64,000 nucleotides of DNA from Macrostomum lignano (lineage: Eukaryota): assembly GCA_002269645.1 (NCBI GenBank), contig NIVC01001309.1, forward strand, positions 124,001-188,000. Direction: 5' to 3'. Positions within the stretch are counted from its first letter, which is position 1; every line of letters begins with the position of its first letter. Shown one piece after another: positions 50,258 to 63,820 of the stretch. The translations under genes and the position numbers were made by a program. Under the pieces are notes generated by a model that saw only the letters and a program-made list of their open reading frames with translations, ran no database searches and was not told the DNA's origin.

Positions 50258-52239
50258 GCAATGACAGTGTGCAGTGCAACAGTTAACTCCGTGTCATTGG
50301 GTTTATAAATGTTAAATTTAATTATTTAGCAATTTAGCAAATTTATAGGAAAGCTGCCTACTAAGCTTATGACTAGACATACTTAGTAACAAAAAACAAA
50401 GTAAAGATTAGCATAAACAAATGTATAATAAATTTTCATCATAAAATTTGAGCATAAAAAATATGTTATTGTTTAAATTACAAACAAAAGTTTTATTATC
50501 ACATCTATAAGTTTAAACATTTTCAAAACCACTTGACCTTTGTAATAATAACACTTCACTATTGGTGATTTTGCCTGTCTCTTTGTCTTACCATACTATC
50601 AATTTGTATAAAAATAGGCAGGAAAGGCAGGAAAAGGCAGGAAAATAGGGCAGCACTTAGCGAGTGGGCTCAAAAGACGCGGGGCATTGGAGCGCTACAA
50701 TGATCCGAAATGGATTCTTTGATTGCACTTTAACTTGCTAACTTAAAATACAAAAAACGTTTTTTTGAGGTGGAAAAATTGGCATTTTTTCAACTTTGCC
50801 TCACTGCAATGAAAAAGGACGCGCGATAGCGCAGCCTTTGAGCTGCTGCCTAAGGTCAACAACACCTGAGGCTGTTTGATGCACTATAGTTTTTTGGGAT
50901 AAAATGTACTTTTGACATGGCTGCCTATCTGCACTTTAAAAGTATAAATTTTTAGTGCACTTTTGAGGGGGCTATTGCGTCAAGATGAAAAATTTTTTTG
51001 ATTTTTTCTTCACCAAATCACTCAATTGGATGTCAACACGCCGTCTATTTGGAAACACCAAGATCTAGCCGATTGGGCCATTAATGACTTGCCCAGGTAC
51101 CAAAAAGTGCCTAAAAAAGTCATTTTTAAAAAATTGCATCACATTTTTAAAAAGTACTCTCCAAAGTTAATAAAGTGTTTTACACTACGATTTTGAGACT
51201 TTAACACAAAGTGTCAAACCTATGGAAATTTGTTTTCCTAGATTTTCTAAGCATTTGGACCTACCTGTGCTTAGCAGTGACCTGGAAACCAGGGAAAAAA
51301 GAGGCTGGGGGCTTTGCTGAAAATTAGATGTTGTTAAGGTGAATGAAAATTTAAAAAAGGGCGAATTTTTTCGAGTGTAGTGTCAAATTGTAGCTCATCG
51401 AATGCCTGTTTGATTGACGTAAGACACTCTGGAAAAACCCTGTTAACAGATACTTTTTACCTATTAATTAAAAATGGCTATTTTGGGGGTACAAACTTTG
51501 AAATAAAAAAATAAGAATTTTTGCACACTGATTTTTCTGCATTTTCAATATTGTTTAGCCAAATAGCTGAAGTTACACCGGTCATACACTAATATGGATG
51601 GAAAATTTGTATTTTTGAGAAAATTGCCTTTGAATTTTGAGAAGGCCACTTTTAAGCAAATTTTGAGTATACTTTTGCTAATAACTCTGCATTGGCAAGG
51701 CCTAGAAACTCAAGTTTGGTGTCTAGAATTACTAGAAATAGCACTATGGATGCACTATGCAAATAAATTAGTTTTGAAAACTAATTTTTAGGCTAACAGG
51801 TCTTAATACCTGTTTGAATACCTGTAGGAACAGGTGAAAATGCATATTTTGGTGCCTAGCAGCCACAAAAATTGTTAATATAGTTTTAAAATGCATTAGA
51901 TAGATGTACCTTGATGTTGTGATTGTAACAACAAGTGACTTGCATTTGTAGATAAAGGCGTTGCGATGCAGTGAGCAGAAATGCATGAAAAAGCAGCAAA
52001 AATTGTAGAAATGGCTCTTATTAGCAATAATCAATATAGTGTATGTACCGTGGGCCTCTTTCATAAGCAAATCATAACTTAGTGGCTATGTCAACTGCCT
52101 TGAAATTGTGTTTAGCAAGGTTCAAATCCAAAATAGTCTGTTTTTTTATTTTATGTTTTTAGTGAACATAAATTTTTTGCACTTTTAACTTTAAAGTTTT
52201 ATTTTAAGTGTTATATAAAGTTATAATTTTATATAAAGT

Positions 52240-52860
52240 TAGTCTACTAGACTTACTAATGCCAGGGGTATAGGGGGCAGCAAGACTGCCACTAGCCTTA
52301 TGGAAGCCAAGGGTGTGGGGGGCAGCAATCCTCCCACTATAGCCTCACTAATGCTAGGGGTATAGGGGGCAGTGAGCCCCTTATTAGCCTTACTAATGCC
52401 AGGGGTGTGGGGGTGGTGAGCCTCCACTATAGCCTTACTAATGCCAGGGGTATAAGGATGGCAAGCCCCCTACTAGCCTTAGTAATGGCAGGGGTGTGGG
52501 GGGGGGGGGCAGCAAGCCCCCCGCTAGCCCTTCAAAAGCCAGAGGTGTAGGGGTGGCAAGCCCCTCCACTAGCCTTATGGAAGCCAGGGGTATGGGAGGT
52601 GGTGAGCCTCCCACTATAGCTTTATTAATGCCAGGGGTGTGGGGGACAGCAATCCCCCCCCACTATGGTCTCACTAATGCCCCAAGGGTATGGGGATGGG
52701 GGGCGGCAAGCCCCCCACTATAGCCTTACTAATGCCAGGAATAAAGGGGATGGTGAGCCCCCTACTAGCCTTACCAACACCAGGGGTGTGGGGGGTGATG
52801 AGCCTCCCACTAGCCTTACAAAAGCCAAGGGTGTGAAATCAGCTAGCCCCCCCCTCCCCC
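52240..52860. repeat. Degenerate ~39-bp minisatellite
   Basis: Unit approx actagccttactaatgccaggggtgtggggggtggtgagcctccc; almost CpG-free. Confidence 0.85.
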
Positions 52861-54185
52861 TACTTGTGGCCTTTTTTACCCAACTGCAAAGTCAAACAGG
52901 TGAGCATATAATAACTGAATATAGCTTTGTAGTTTGTTTTTAATTTAGGCCATAAAAGATAAAACATAATATAACCATTGTATTACCTTTGAAGACAATA
53001 GCGTCTTCATTCACTAGTTTTTTTATCTTGGCTTACTAACTGGACTTAAGTTAAGAGTCAGAAGACAGAAGTTTATGCAGTATATACTATTGAGAAGTGA
53101 AAGTAGTAAGAGAATACAAAGTAGATCCTAAATCGATACATGTAAGAATAACCAAAGGCCGTGACCCCTCTGATCTTGGTAATGCCTAGGATTAGAAGTA
53201 TATCCCATACATCTACCAGTAAACCAATATACTACTCAGGCCAGAATAATAGTAGAACACTATTATAATAGTAGAACGCAACTTATATACTAAGAATAAT
53301 ACTCAGACAACTACTCAAACTCTAAACAAAGTTTTAACAAAGTTAAATAAAGTTAAAAAATTTGTTATGTCATATTTAGTTGAACTAGACATTGTATTAG
53401 TGTGTCACCCAGAAAAGTATATAGTAGTCTAACATTATAGTAATATGCCACCAAAAGTATGTTGCTTTTCTATGTAGGTAGATATCAAATAGGGCCCTAG
53501 ATGTTCTCTCAGAATCCTAGTCCTTTCAACTCAGTCCCTTTTAAAAAACAGAGAGCGATTGCTGGTTTTTGCCATAGATATAGCTTAAAGGCCATAGACA
53601 TAGCCTTTAGCTATCTCAAACTAGTAACTATAGTCAGTGGGTTTATTTTTTGTATGCCAAGTGTGCATATGCACCCTAAATTTTAAAATCACACTTTGAA
53701 ATTGAAAAGTGAGTGCAGTTTAGGTGCCGTCTTATAACTTATTTTTCTATTAAAGCCATATTCATATTGCCTTAAAATAAGAATAAGAGAAATTGCACTT
53801 TGAGCCTTAAAATTGCATTATAAAAGAGAGCATAAGGTGTGATTTTGCACTTTGTCTCTAGCAAAAAAGAAAACACTGACTATAGTATAGAAATAAAATT
53901 AACATTTGTTTGCCATGTAATTGCCACATCTTATATTTGCATGAGTTCAAATATTTACTCAAGGTAACTAACAAAGTTGCTATTTTTCTAAAAATAATTA
54001 AGGGCAAGGCTAAGAGTCCAAAACTAGAGGATTGCCCAATTATGAATATAATCATTTTAACCACACATGTGCAACCCCCCTGATTTACACTGGCCATGCG
54101 ACTTATTTTTTGACCAAAAATGCAACTTACCCGTGAAAGAAACCCTAATGCAATTTTGGGTAAACTGCAGGAGTTACTATGATTA

Positions 54186-54481
54186 TATACATGCGCAACA
54201 GTCGGCCAAGTTGGCCCTTGGCCGATCTGGCTGACCAATTTGGCAGCCAACCATGGAAGTTGCAAAAATGCCCACCTGAAAAACACCAAGTAGTAGCACT
54301 AAGTAGCTGACGAGGCATTTTGGTTTATAAGACAGTTATAGTTACTCCTGCCGTTTACCCAAAGTTGCGTTAATTGCGTTTTACATGTATTGTAAGTCGC
54401 ATTCTTGGCCAACAAATACATTGCATTTTTGTGAAACCTAAGTTGCACGGCCAACCGAATTTTGGAGGTTGCGCATGTATG
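54186..54481 (+). mobile_element. Related MITE inserted into the previous MITE
   Basis: TIR (t)atacatgcgcaac / gttgcgcatgtatg; TSD TATGATTA (54178-54185 / 54482-54489). Confidence 0.85.
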
Positions 54482-54536
54482 TATGATTATCTTATAAGGG
54501 CTAAATGCCTCGTCATCTAATTAGTACTATGTCTGT

Positions 54537-57500
54537 TAGTGTTCCGCCGTCGCGAGTTTTGACCTCCGTAACCGTAACCGTAGCCGTAAGAAAGAAGCAA
54601 CTTCTGTAGCCAAATTTTGCCGTCATTACGGGCTAAAAAAGTCCGTAACCGTAATTTGCCGTAACCGTAGCCGTAATGTATAACAAAAATTGATATTTTT
54701 GCATGAAAAGTAGGGCAGACAGAAAAGGACAGATAAAAAGGATAAAAGGATAGCAATAAAACCTATTTGTTGTTCGTTCATGCATTAATATTCATTTATT
54801 TTTTTGTAAATATAATATCTTTATCGAAGTATTCTATAGCATTGTTGTATGCAATTGTGTGCTTGGTGCCTTTTTCAGTTTTCTGTGTCGTGATTCTGTT
54901 TTGTTTCGCTACAATATGAATATATGACTGACGTGCCAAGGTCAATGTGTATGTTTAATATCATTAAATAAATATATGAATTTGTTCAAATAAAACTGCT
55001 TCAAAATTTCCGATGACTAAGAAATTGCATGTTACATTTTTTTCATTTTCATTTTATTGCATTGTCTATTATATTGTCTTCTTTGGTTTCAATCAATTTT
55101 CAATCATAATTCATATTCTTATCCTATTAGTATTTATTTAGTATTTCCTTATTAATATTCTTTCATCCTTATCCTCATAATCAAAATCTAATATCCTATT
55201 TTTATGCTAAGGAGCTAAATGCTACATATGGCTAAGAAATAAGAATGCCAGATTCTTAGTCTCTTGTAGGCTTTGACTGGCTCTCTCTGTCTCGCTGTTA
55301 TCATGCTATCACTATGCTATGCTATGCCGTATGCCTAATGAGAAAATTCGTGAAAAAATTCGTTTTTCATTTTCAAGAAGTTTCGTAGATATTTAGAAAC
55401 TTAACAAATGTAAAAAATAATAATAACTAGTTAATGAAGACAAAGTCTTTTCGCCCCAGTGAGCTTTGGGGTTGGAATTTTATAATACCTAGTGTTGTAT
55501 CGATTATTTAAAGACTTTCTTTCAAGGCATTATTAACGCTGATGCTCCTAATATTTTGCGTCGTGTCATACATAAAGTTAGCCTAATAGATAAAGTAGGG
55601 CGAGAGTTGTAAAATGTCTCTAACGTCAAATGATTTATAGGAAGGGAATTAGGGATGTCGATTCCCCAGGGAATTATCTTATCGGGGACCCCGGTGAAAA
55701 GAAAAAATAAGTAAAAACGGCGGATCACTTAAATTGTAAGTGGAATTTTTTAAACTTTGATTTAAGCTTTGTACTACATGTTCAAGGCGCAGGGGTAAAA
55801 ATTTTAAACAATGTTTTTTTAAACTGTATTTGACAATGTGGCATCACGAAATCGTGCGCGCACCTTTATCGGAAAAGTGCATTTGTTGGAATGCATGCTA
55901 AACAGCTACGCTCGTGAGAGGATAATTAATGAATGAGACTGTTTTTATAATCGGAATTTTATTTCTTGCATATATATGTAAATCACCATTTTGTCCTTGT
56001 CTAATAGGGAGTATATGTATGACACCCCCCTATGCGTCAGTGCCTGACGCATGACGCAGCGCTGCGCCTGCGTCAAGCCGTCAACGCAGACCAGCACAGC
56101 AGTCACTAGTCAGTAAGGCTTCTTTTTCCTGACGGGTTTCTTTTCTACGTGCAATTTGCTTGATTGAATGACTTATTAGTGAAAAAACAATCAAACGTGT
56201 GTTGTGTTTCAAATTATACATGTAATGCATTGAAATAAGCAATTATGCGGTAAAAGAGCATAGACAGAGTTTCAATCAGCTTTCTGTGAATCAGTTTCTA
56301 ATTTTAATGGCAAAAATTAAGTTACAAATGCATTTTTTCATATTTTTTCTCCCCAGAGTCCCCGGTTAAATTCCCCGGAGAGTATTCCCCGACAAGCTCC
56401 CCGGGGAGCACTCCTGGGGTCAACATCCCTAGAAGGGAAACTACGAGCATAAGTTCTGCAACACATATACAAGTAGCTAAGCATTAATAGACGCACTGCA
56501 CCGATAAAATGTAATGGAATTGCTCGAATCACCGACACCAAGACCCATAAAACTGGAGAAACTGGCAGGATATAGTAGATACATGTAGGTCAGAATCAGA
56601 AGTGATCATGGGTAGGTGGGTCAAGTGATCATGGGTTCGACCTCGATTGTATTATTCCTTCTTAATCTTATGCAATTAATTGTAAATTAGGTATGAAGTA
56701 ACAGTAATTATCCTTGACCATGCTAGAGTAAAGACAAGTCAAAGTCAAGTTAATAAAAATAGACACACAGTGTAACAATAACAATGGTTTTTAGAGCCAT
56801 TTTTCTTGTCTGTGTTTGTCTTTGTACATACATGTACATTTGGGAAGACTTATCTGGACCCAATCCCTTCTTATTCTACATGTACGCTGTTTTGGGTATG
56901 GGGGTTAGAGTTGGGCCGTCTGACACCCCCTCCCCCCCCCTACCATAGTGGACTGGAGAGAAAGAAGCACATGCTATCGCTATTGGCTAGCCTGTCGTTC
57001 TCTTTTTCTTTACCTTCTGTCTTGTGTAGCGTACACTATCCAATGCACAAGGCCCAACTTTCCACTAAAGGAAGGTTCATATAGTCCGCCCATGGGCTTC
57101 CTCTTGCTTTCGCGTACACTCAAGGCCACTCACTCTCAACACCAGCCACTAGAGGCTTGTTTTAAATAATCGATCGATAATATTAAATGTACACTTGAAA
57201 GCTTGCTTTGGATCCTAGCAGAAGGGGGAGAAAGTGGCCAAGGCCACCACACCCCACAAGGCAGGCAGGCCGGCCCGAGTGCGATAACGAATGACAAAAA
57301 AATAGAAAAGTACAATTTACACATCAACTTTCAATACAATAAATACAATAATAGGTACGGTATTAATGACAGTGTATTTTCGCACAAAGTAGCTACGTTC
57401 AAACCACCAGCACGTAAACAGCTAAAATTTCACTGTTTATGAAATTTTATAAAATTTAACACATCATTTTAGATATTGAAAACTTTTAAAGGAGGGTATT

Positions 57501-59011
57501 ACTGTTGCATGTGACTATAAAATCGTGGTAGGTATAGCTGATGATGAAACTGGTGATTGGTATCTAGCTTTTTTGATAACTTAGCCGGTTAGACCCCGAA
57601 ATAGCTATTGTAATTTGTAACGCTGGAGCCAAATACAAATACAATGGAGCAATTAGTTTCTCTCAAATCTGTCTCTGCCAGTGCCAGTTTAGTCCATAGT
57701 AAGTAACCAAAGTAAAATACCCATTAGTGGTCCCGTTTCTAATGTTTATAAATATTAAGCTTCAGTTTACTTTTGGCACAGTATGCAATTTTGAAAATTC
57801 ACCCTAATAACGGTTTGCACCAGCAGGAAAGCAACTATTTTGTTGTTGGAAATCGGATTAAGCAGTCAAAAGAGTGTATTTCTATGAAAAAAGGTACTTT
57901 TTTTCCATTTTTTCAAATATTTAAACAGGTTTCGCTCTTTCAATAAAAAAATCATCGCAGTACCTTAAAGTACAGTTAGTTTGGAATTAGATGACGGCGT
58001 TGAATTGTTTCTTCCATATTCCAAAAATTATAATGAGCACTTTTCCTCAAATCAGTTTGAGATCATGATTTTTAGTCTTTCGTCGATAACTTTCTGATTT
58101 CAAATGTTTAAGAATTGAAAACTTCCACACTTGTGTATCTTTGAATTGCGCATCAATTGGTGCATAGTATGTATGCTTAACTATTAGCAGTATAGAAAAA
58201 AATGCAAAAAACTGTAAAAGTACATTTTCAATTTTTGCATTTTTTGCAACCAAAGTGCCAACTTTTTGATACAATTGAAAAAAACAACCCAATAATGTTA
58301 TGCATCTTAGTAAGGCGCACCTATAACCCTCGAACATTTTTAGCTCGAGTTTTAATGTGCATGAGGAAATGCACTTTTGTAAAGACATAATCTTAAGACA
58401 AACATTTCAACTGAAGCCTGTTCCTTTTCTCCGCAGTGAATCCATACAAAACTATACTCGTTAAATAGATCAGATTCTTCTCTTTAAAATGACACCTCAC
58501 TTGTGAAATTCGCACTTGTAGTTTTGAAGTTACAGCAGTTTTTGTGAGATTTTTCTTGTCATTTTTTCGATGCACACGTCTCATATTATTATATTCGTCA
58601 CAAGCCAGACCACCCAATGCGCTTCGCGCATTGGCTGGCTGTTTGTTCCTCATGCTCGGCACTTTGTGCCTCGCGCGTTCGCTCCGCTCACCCCACAAAC
58701 CCAAGGACACGCGCTTCGCGCGTGTCCTTGGGTTTGTGGGTTTCGCGGAGCTCACTGGGAACTAGTAAAACAAAATGAAAACTGGTTGAAGTTGATATAA
58801 AAAAAATCTTTTATAACACTAAACAGTTAAAAATAAATAATTTTTGTTACGGCTACCAATTATGGCAAGTCTAGAAAAATCTCCGTAATCCGTAACCGTA
58901 ACCATAAGCTCAAAATATGTCCATAACCATAATCCGTAATGAAAATTTGGCTTCAAAAGTGTCGTAGCCGTAATTTGCCATAGCCGTAGCCGTAATTACG
59001 GTGGAACACTA
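54537..59011. mobile_element. Non-autonomous hAT-type element (4.5 kb)
   Basis: TIR TAGTGTTCC(G/A)CCGT (13/14); TSD ATGTCTGT (54529-54536 / 59012-59019); CCGTAA/CCGTAG subterminal arrays; no transposase ORF seen. Confidence 0.88.
55649..56431. mobile_element. hAT-type MITE nested in the 4.5-kb element
   Basis: Ends tagggatgtcgattccccagg / cctggggtcaacatcccta; gaagggaa on both sides (55641-55648 / 56432-56439, with one extra T on the left). Confidence 0.75.
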
Positions 59012-60637
59012 ATGTCTGTATTCTCTAGGCTGGGAATTTTTGCAACTTACCCCTGGTCCACCACAATTTATGGTGGCCAGATTAGCCAGGTTGGCCAGCC
59101 AGCAGTTGCAGATGTATGATTTTAACTATATCTTAACTTGACATAAACATATAGTAGGTACATGGCAATATGGCATAGATTCCTTTGATTAATAATTAGG
59201 CATAATATAGCCATAGGAATTTTGCTTCTTTGCTGACCTTCTTGCTACAATACATTGCTAGGTTAGACCTAGTATAACCAAGACAACTATAGGCCTATGG
59301 CTATACCAAGATAGCCATAGATCTAAATATCTAAATTGATAATTAATAGACCTAAGACTAAGTCTAAGACTAGGTATATTTTTTTCATTTCCTATAGGCT
59401 ATGTAGGCCTATAGGCTATAGGCCCCTATTTGGCAAATATGAAGTTTGTAATTGTAGGCCTAGGCTAGTTTGCTATCAACTTATTAAAAAGATAACCATA
59501 TCATTATCAAGGAGAAGAATCAGAAGATAATAGTTAGGTTTTAGTAATGCCGCCAGTATGCTGTAAGGTTTACTGGTTTATACAGAGCTTGCGTGCGCGG
59601 CAGCCGTCCACATAGTGTTTTAATTGCGTGTACGTCAGGTCTGCATCTTAGTGAATAAGGTGGTTTGAAAAGATAGATACTTCGGGCAGTAGTAGTAGTA
59701 GTAAGTTTGGCTCAGGCAGGAAGCCTGTTTGGCCAATATATTTCAATGTATTTAATAGATCAAGAGTAGAAGGAAATATTTATGATAAGTACCCGTCGCT
59801 GTAGCGATTTTAGCAAATTTGAATTGCCGCCTACGTTGAGTTCGAACGAATCAAGCCGGAAGATCGCGCAGTTAATCTCAGAAACCGGGTTACTCCGTCT
59901 GCCGGGTTCCTTAATTCTGGGGGAGTGTTGTTGAAGTCATAGTCGAGTGGTCGTAAATGGGCGTCGTTCAAGTTGGGTCCTATGATACCGAAGTTTAATG
60001 TGCGTCGATTTGCGTTGAAACTTACTAAGAGTAGCGTAGGGCTGGAACATTTGATTATCAGAAGCTTGCTTGGAGTTGATAATTGGGTTATTTTGTAATG
60101 AACGCGCAACCGAGAAATACGTGTATTATTCAAGAGTGCCAAAAAGCATATTATATAGAGGGGCGAGGGGGGCTGAGCAATCGATAGCAACGTACATGAT
60201 TGGGGGACGGGGCGGCTGGGGCGCAGATGTGCGTACAATAAATTATAGTTACAAGTGCATCACTGACATCTCTCTTCTAATAGCAAAAATCGAGAGGAAT
60301 TAAAATCAATTGTTCGAAGAATTATCACTAATCACTCCTTTCTAATAGCAAAAAAACGAGAGGAAATAAAATCAATTTCTCGAAGGAATTATCGCTTCCA
60401 AAACATTTCATTATTTGCGCATTAGGCATGTGCGAGAACTCAAAAAAATATTTCTATTAAAACAAATGCAAAAATTAATTTTTTTTCAATATTTTTAGAC
60501 AAAAAAATCAACAACGAAATTCGATTTAGATAAGGAATAAAATATTTGGAATATTTTCTCAGCAACAAAATCAGCGGATTAATTGAAAATCCATGTTACA
60601 GTCCTTGAAAACAAACAAAAGTCACTGTCCCTATCAC

Positions 60638-63330
60638 TCACACGTCATGTCTGTAGCGGAGAGGCGGAATGCCCTTTGTGGCCCTGGCAGAGCGGCGCAG
60701 TGGCTCTTCAGGCTCCGCAAGGTCTGATGCCGCCAACTCATCGCCGGCCGGAGCCGCCTGGGCCGCCCGCTGGACGTCTTCGGCTTCAGCAGTGGACTGC
60801 TGCGGCGGCACTGGTCGCAGGTCCCGGCGATTGCGAATCAGCTCCCTGCCGCTTTGAGTCAGCAGTCGGTAGTTGCGGTGCTCCGGGTCAGCTTGCGTCA
60901 CAACAGCTGGCTCCCATCTGAAACCATGCCGAAAACGAACTGCATCTCCCTGATTCAATGTTGAGAGCGGTCGGGCTTGCTGGTCGTAGTGCCGTTTTTG
61001 AGCAGCCTGCAGCGGGGCTTTAGAGAATCCGGTTGTTCTGTCTTTGAGCAGCGCCTCCTCACCTGCTGGCAGCTTCGTACGAATCAACCGACCGAACATG
61101 AGCTCGCTGGGGCTGGTGCTCGTACCGCTAATTGGTGAAGCTCGATATTCCATTAGCGCAATTTCAGGCTGATCAGCTTTCCTCAGGATGCTCTTTGCCA
61201 CTTTGACTGCCTTTTCAGCCATCCCGTTGGACTGTGGATATCCGGGTGACGAGCGCGTGTGCACGAACCAAACTGTGCAGCAAACTCTTGAAACTTAAAC
61301 GAGCTGAATGGGGGCCCATTGTCACTGACCAGCTCTTCGACGATACCGAACCTGGCGAACATCGACTTAATTCGAGCAATCACTAGGTCAGCTCCAGACT
61401 GTTGACCTAACTTTGCCAGTTCGATCCAGTTGCTGTAATAGCAGGTAACGACTAGCCACTTGTCGCCATTGAAGTCCAGCAGATCACAACCAACCTTGGT
61501 CCATGGTGCATTCGGAATCTGATGGTTCAACAGCGGTTCCTTTGGGTTGGCCGGCTGAAACGTTTGACAAGTGCTGCAGTTCTTCACGAAGTTCTTAATG
61601 TCCGCTGACATGCCTGGCCAGTACAGAATTTGACGAGCTCGGGCCTCCGTCTTGCCCGCGCCAGCATGACCTTCGTGTAAAATTTGCAGAATCTTCTGTC
61701 GCAACGATGCTGGAACAATAACGCGGTCCAACTTCATCAGCACGCCATCATTGTAGGTCAAGTCCTCCTTGAAGCTCCAATACGGACGGACAGAGTGGCA
61801 AATGTTCCAAAAGTTGCTTGGCCAACCCGTCAGAACAAACCGGGCTACAGAACTTAAGTCCGAATCTTTGCGGGTCTCGTCTCGGATTTCTTGCAAAGGA
61901 ATGGCGGAAATCGGGAGGCTCTTGCTCATTTGATGCACCTCCACCTCAATTTCGTCGTCTAGAGCAGCCTCGGCCTCCGGAAGGTAAGCTCTTGAAAGCG
62001 TATCGGCAATCAGCATCTTGGATCCCGGTGCCCAGGATACACGCAGATTGTATCTTTTGAGTTGGTACAGCATTCGAGCAATGCGTGGCGGAACATGCAG
62101 CAAGTCACGCTTAAAAATAACCTCCAGGGGCTTGTGGTCTGTAGTCACTCGTACTACTGGAAGGCCATATATGTAGTCATGAAATTTCTTGCAAGCAATA
62201 ACAACGGCCAGAGTCTCCTTCTCAATCTGAGCATAGTTCTTTTGCGTGTTGGTCAGCGCAGCCGATCCATACGCCACAGGCTGTCCATTCTGCAGCAAAA
62301 CGCAACCAACTCCGACCGATGAACTGTCAACTTGAAGCTCAACTTCCATATCGGCGTCAAACAACCTTAGCACAGGAGCGTCCGACAGAACATCTTTTAG
62401 CTTCTCAAAAGCTTGCTGCTGCTTCTCTTGCCAGTCAAAAAGCACCTCCTTCTTGAGCAGGGCACGAAGAGGTTCAGTGATGTCCGATGCATTCGGAATA
62501 AACTTGCCCAGGTAGGTTGCCATGCCAAGCAGCCGCATCACTGCCTGCTTATCACCTGGAACCGGAAGCTCTTGAATGGCTTTTACTTTAGCAGGATCTG
62601 GACGAACACCGTCAGATGAGATCACGTGACCAACATAGTTTACTGAAGTAACACCAACTTTCAATTTCTTGCGATTTAGCTTTAAATTCGACTGACGGGC
62701 CTCACTGAGCACCTTGAGTAGCTTCTGATCGTGCTCTTCGCGGGTCCGTCCCCAGACAAGCATATCATCAACAATTACCTCAGCCCAGCTGCTGAAAATT
62801 TTGCTTAGCTCACGTTGGTAGACTTCCGGTGCATCAATAGTTCCTGGGGGCAGGCGAACAAATTTGTATCTGTCCCACGGAGTGTTGAAAGTACAGAGCT
62901 GTGTACTTTCTTCGTCAAGTCTTATCTGCCAAAAACCAGTCTTTGCATCCAGCACGGTGAAATACTTGGCACCTGGAATGCGCGCAACAACTTGCTCGAC
63001 TGTTGTCATCGGGTAGTGAGCGCGCTTGATAGCTTTGTTGAGATGTGTCGGATCGATACACAGTCGCAGGCTGCCATCTGGCTTGTGCACAGTAACCAAA
63101 GAGTTTACCCAATCCGTTGGCTCAGAAACTTTAACGATGACTCCGAGGGCCTCCATGCGCTTTAACTCCTCCTGAACTTTGCCTTGCAGCGCAAAGGGAA
63201 TCTTTCTCGGAGCATTGACGACAGGAACAGCATGTTCATCGAGAGTAAACGAGTGCACGTAAGGCAAACAGCCAAGCTTGTCGTCAAACAGGTCACTGAA
63301 TTCCTCTAGCACGAACTTTTCGTCAATCAC
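60638..63330 (-). mobile_element. Ty3/Gypsy pol (RT-RNase H-integrase), 5'-truncated, one frameshift
   Basis: LRLCIDPTHLN, LDAKTGFWQ, VIVDDMLVWG, VDSSSVGVG, TDHKPL, HEGHAG..C..C, GCDLLDF, SDNGPPF; 1-nt frameshift near 61262, then SSPGYPQSNGMAEKAVK..LIRNRRDL. No gag, protease or LTR recognised. Confidence 0.95.
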
Positions 63331-63399
63331 CGGTGGCTGTCTCCCAAGAAAACGAAAGGTGAAGGTTACCCAGAAGGAAGGTGGGATGCCAGCCGAAGC

Positions 63400-63820
63400 G
63401 GCCCGCTGCGCTCTACCGCGATGGCGGAATTGGTACCGCTCTACCGCGCTGCTCGTCCAGTCGCCGACCCGCATGATAGCGTCGGGGATGCCGGCATTCG
63501 CGGCGGACTTGGCGCCCCCCCCCGCCGCAACGATCGAGTGCCCGGAAAAGCTGGCCAGCTCTGAATACCCAGCCGCCCGCAGGGCCGTCTTCAGCCGCTT
63601 GGCAAAGGCGTGCGCGGTGAGCGGCGCGAGGGCTGCGGGCCCCGCGAAGAGATGATGTTGAGCATCTTGAGGATGGTTGATGAGCAGCTGCTTCTCGAGC
63701 GCTGCAACTGGCCGGCAAAGTCGATTGCCGGCTTGGAGCCGCGACAGAAAGACACGGTGCTGGCGCGCACCAAACTGGTTGGTTTTCGACCTTGGAATGA
63801 CGAGAATATAGTGCCGGCAC
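63400..63820 (-). mobile_element. Tyrosine recombinase C-terminal fragment (DIRS/Ngaro-type)
   Basis: LVIPRSKTNQFG..LCRPVAAL..HLF..FSGHS(IVAA)GGGA..AANAG..IMRVGDWTSSAVERY corresponds to the YR K..H-x-x-R..H/W..Y box. Confidence 0.8.

Larger units (their letters stand above)
54062..59118 (-). mobile_element. CATACATGCGCAAC MITE copy split by nested insertions
   Basis: Ends cacacatgtgcaac / gttgcagatgtatg; 8-bp TSD ATTTTAAC (54054-54061 / 59119-59126); pieces are colinear with the reverse complement of 12152-12431. Confidence 0.85.
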
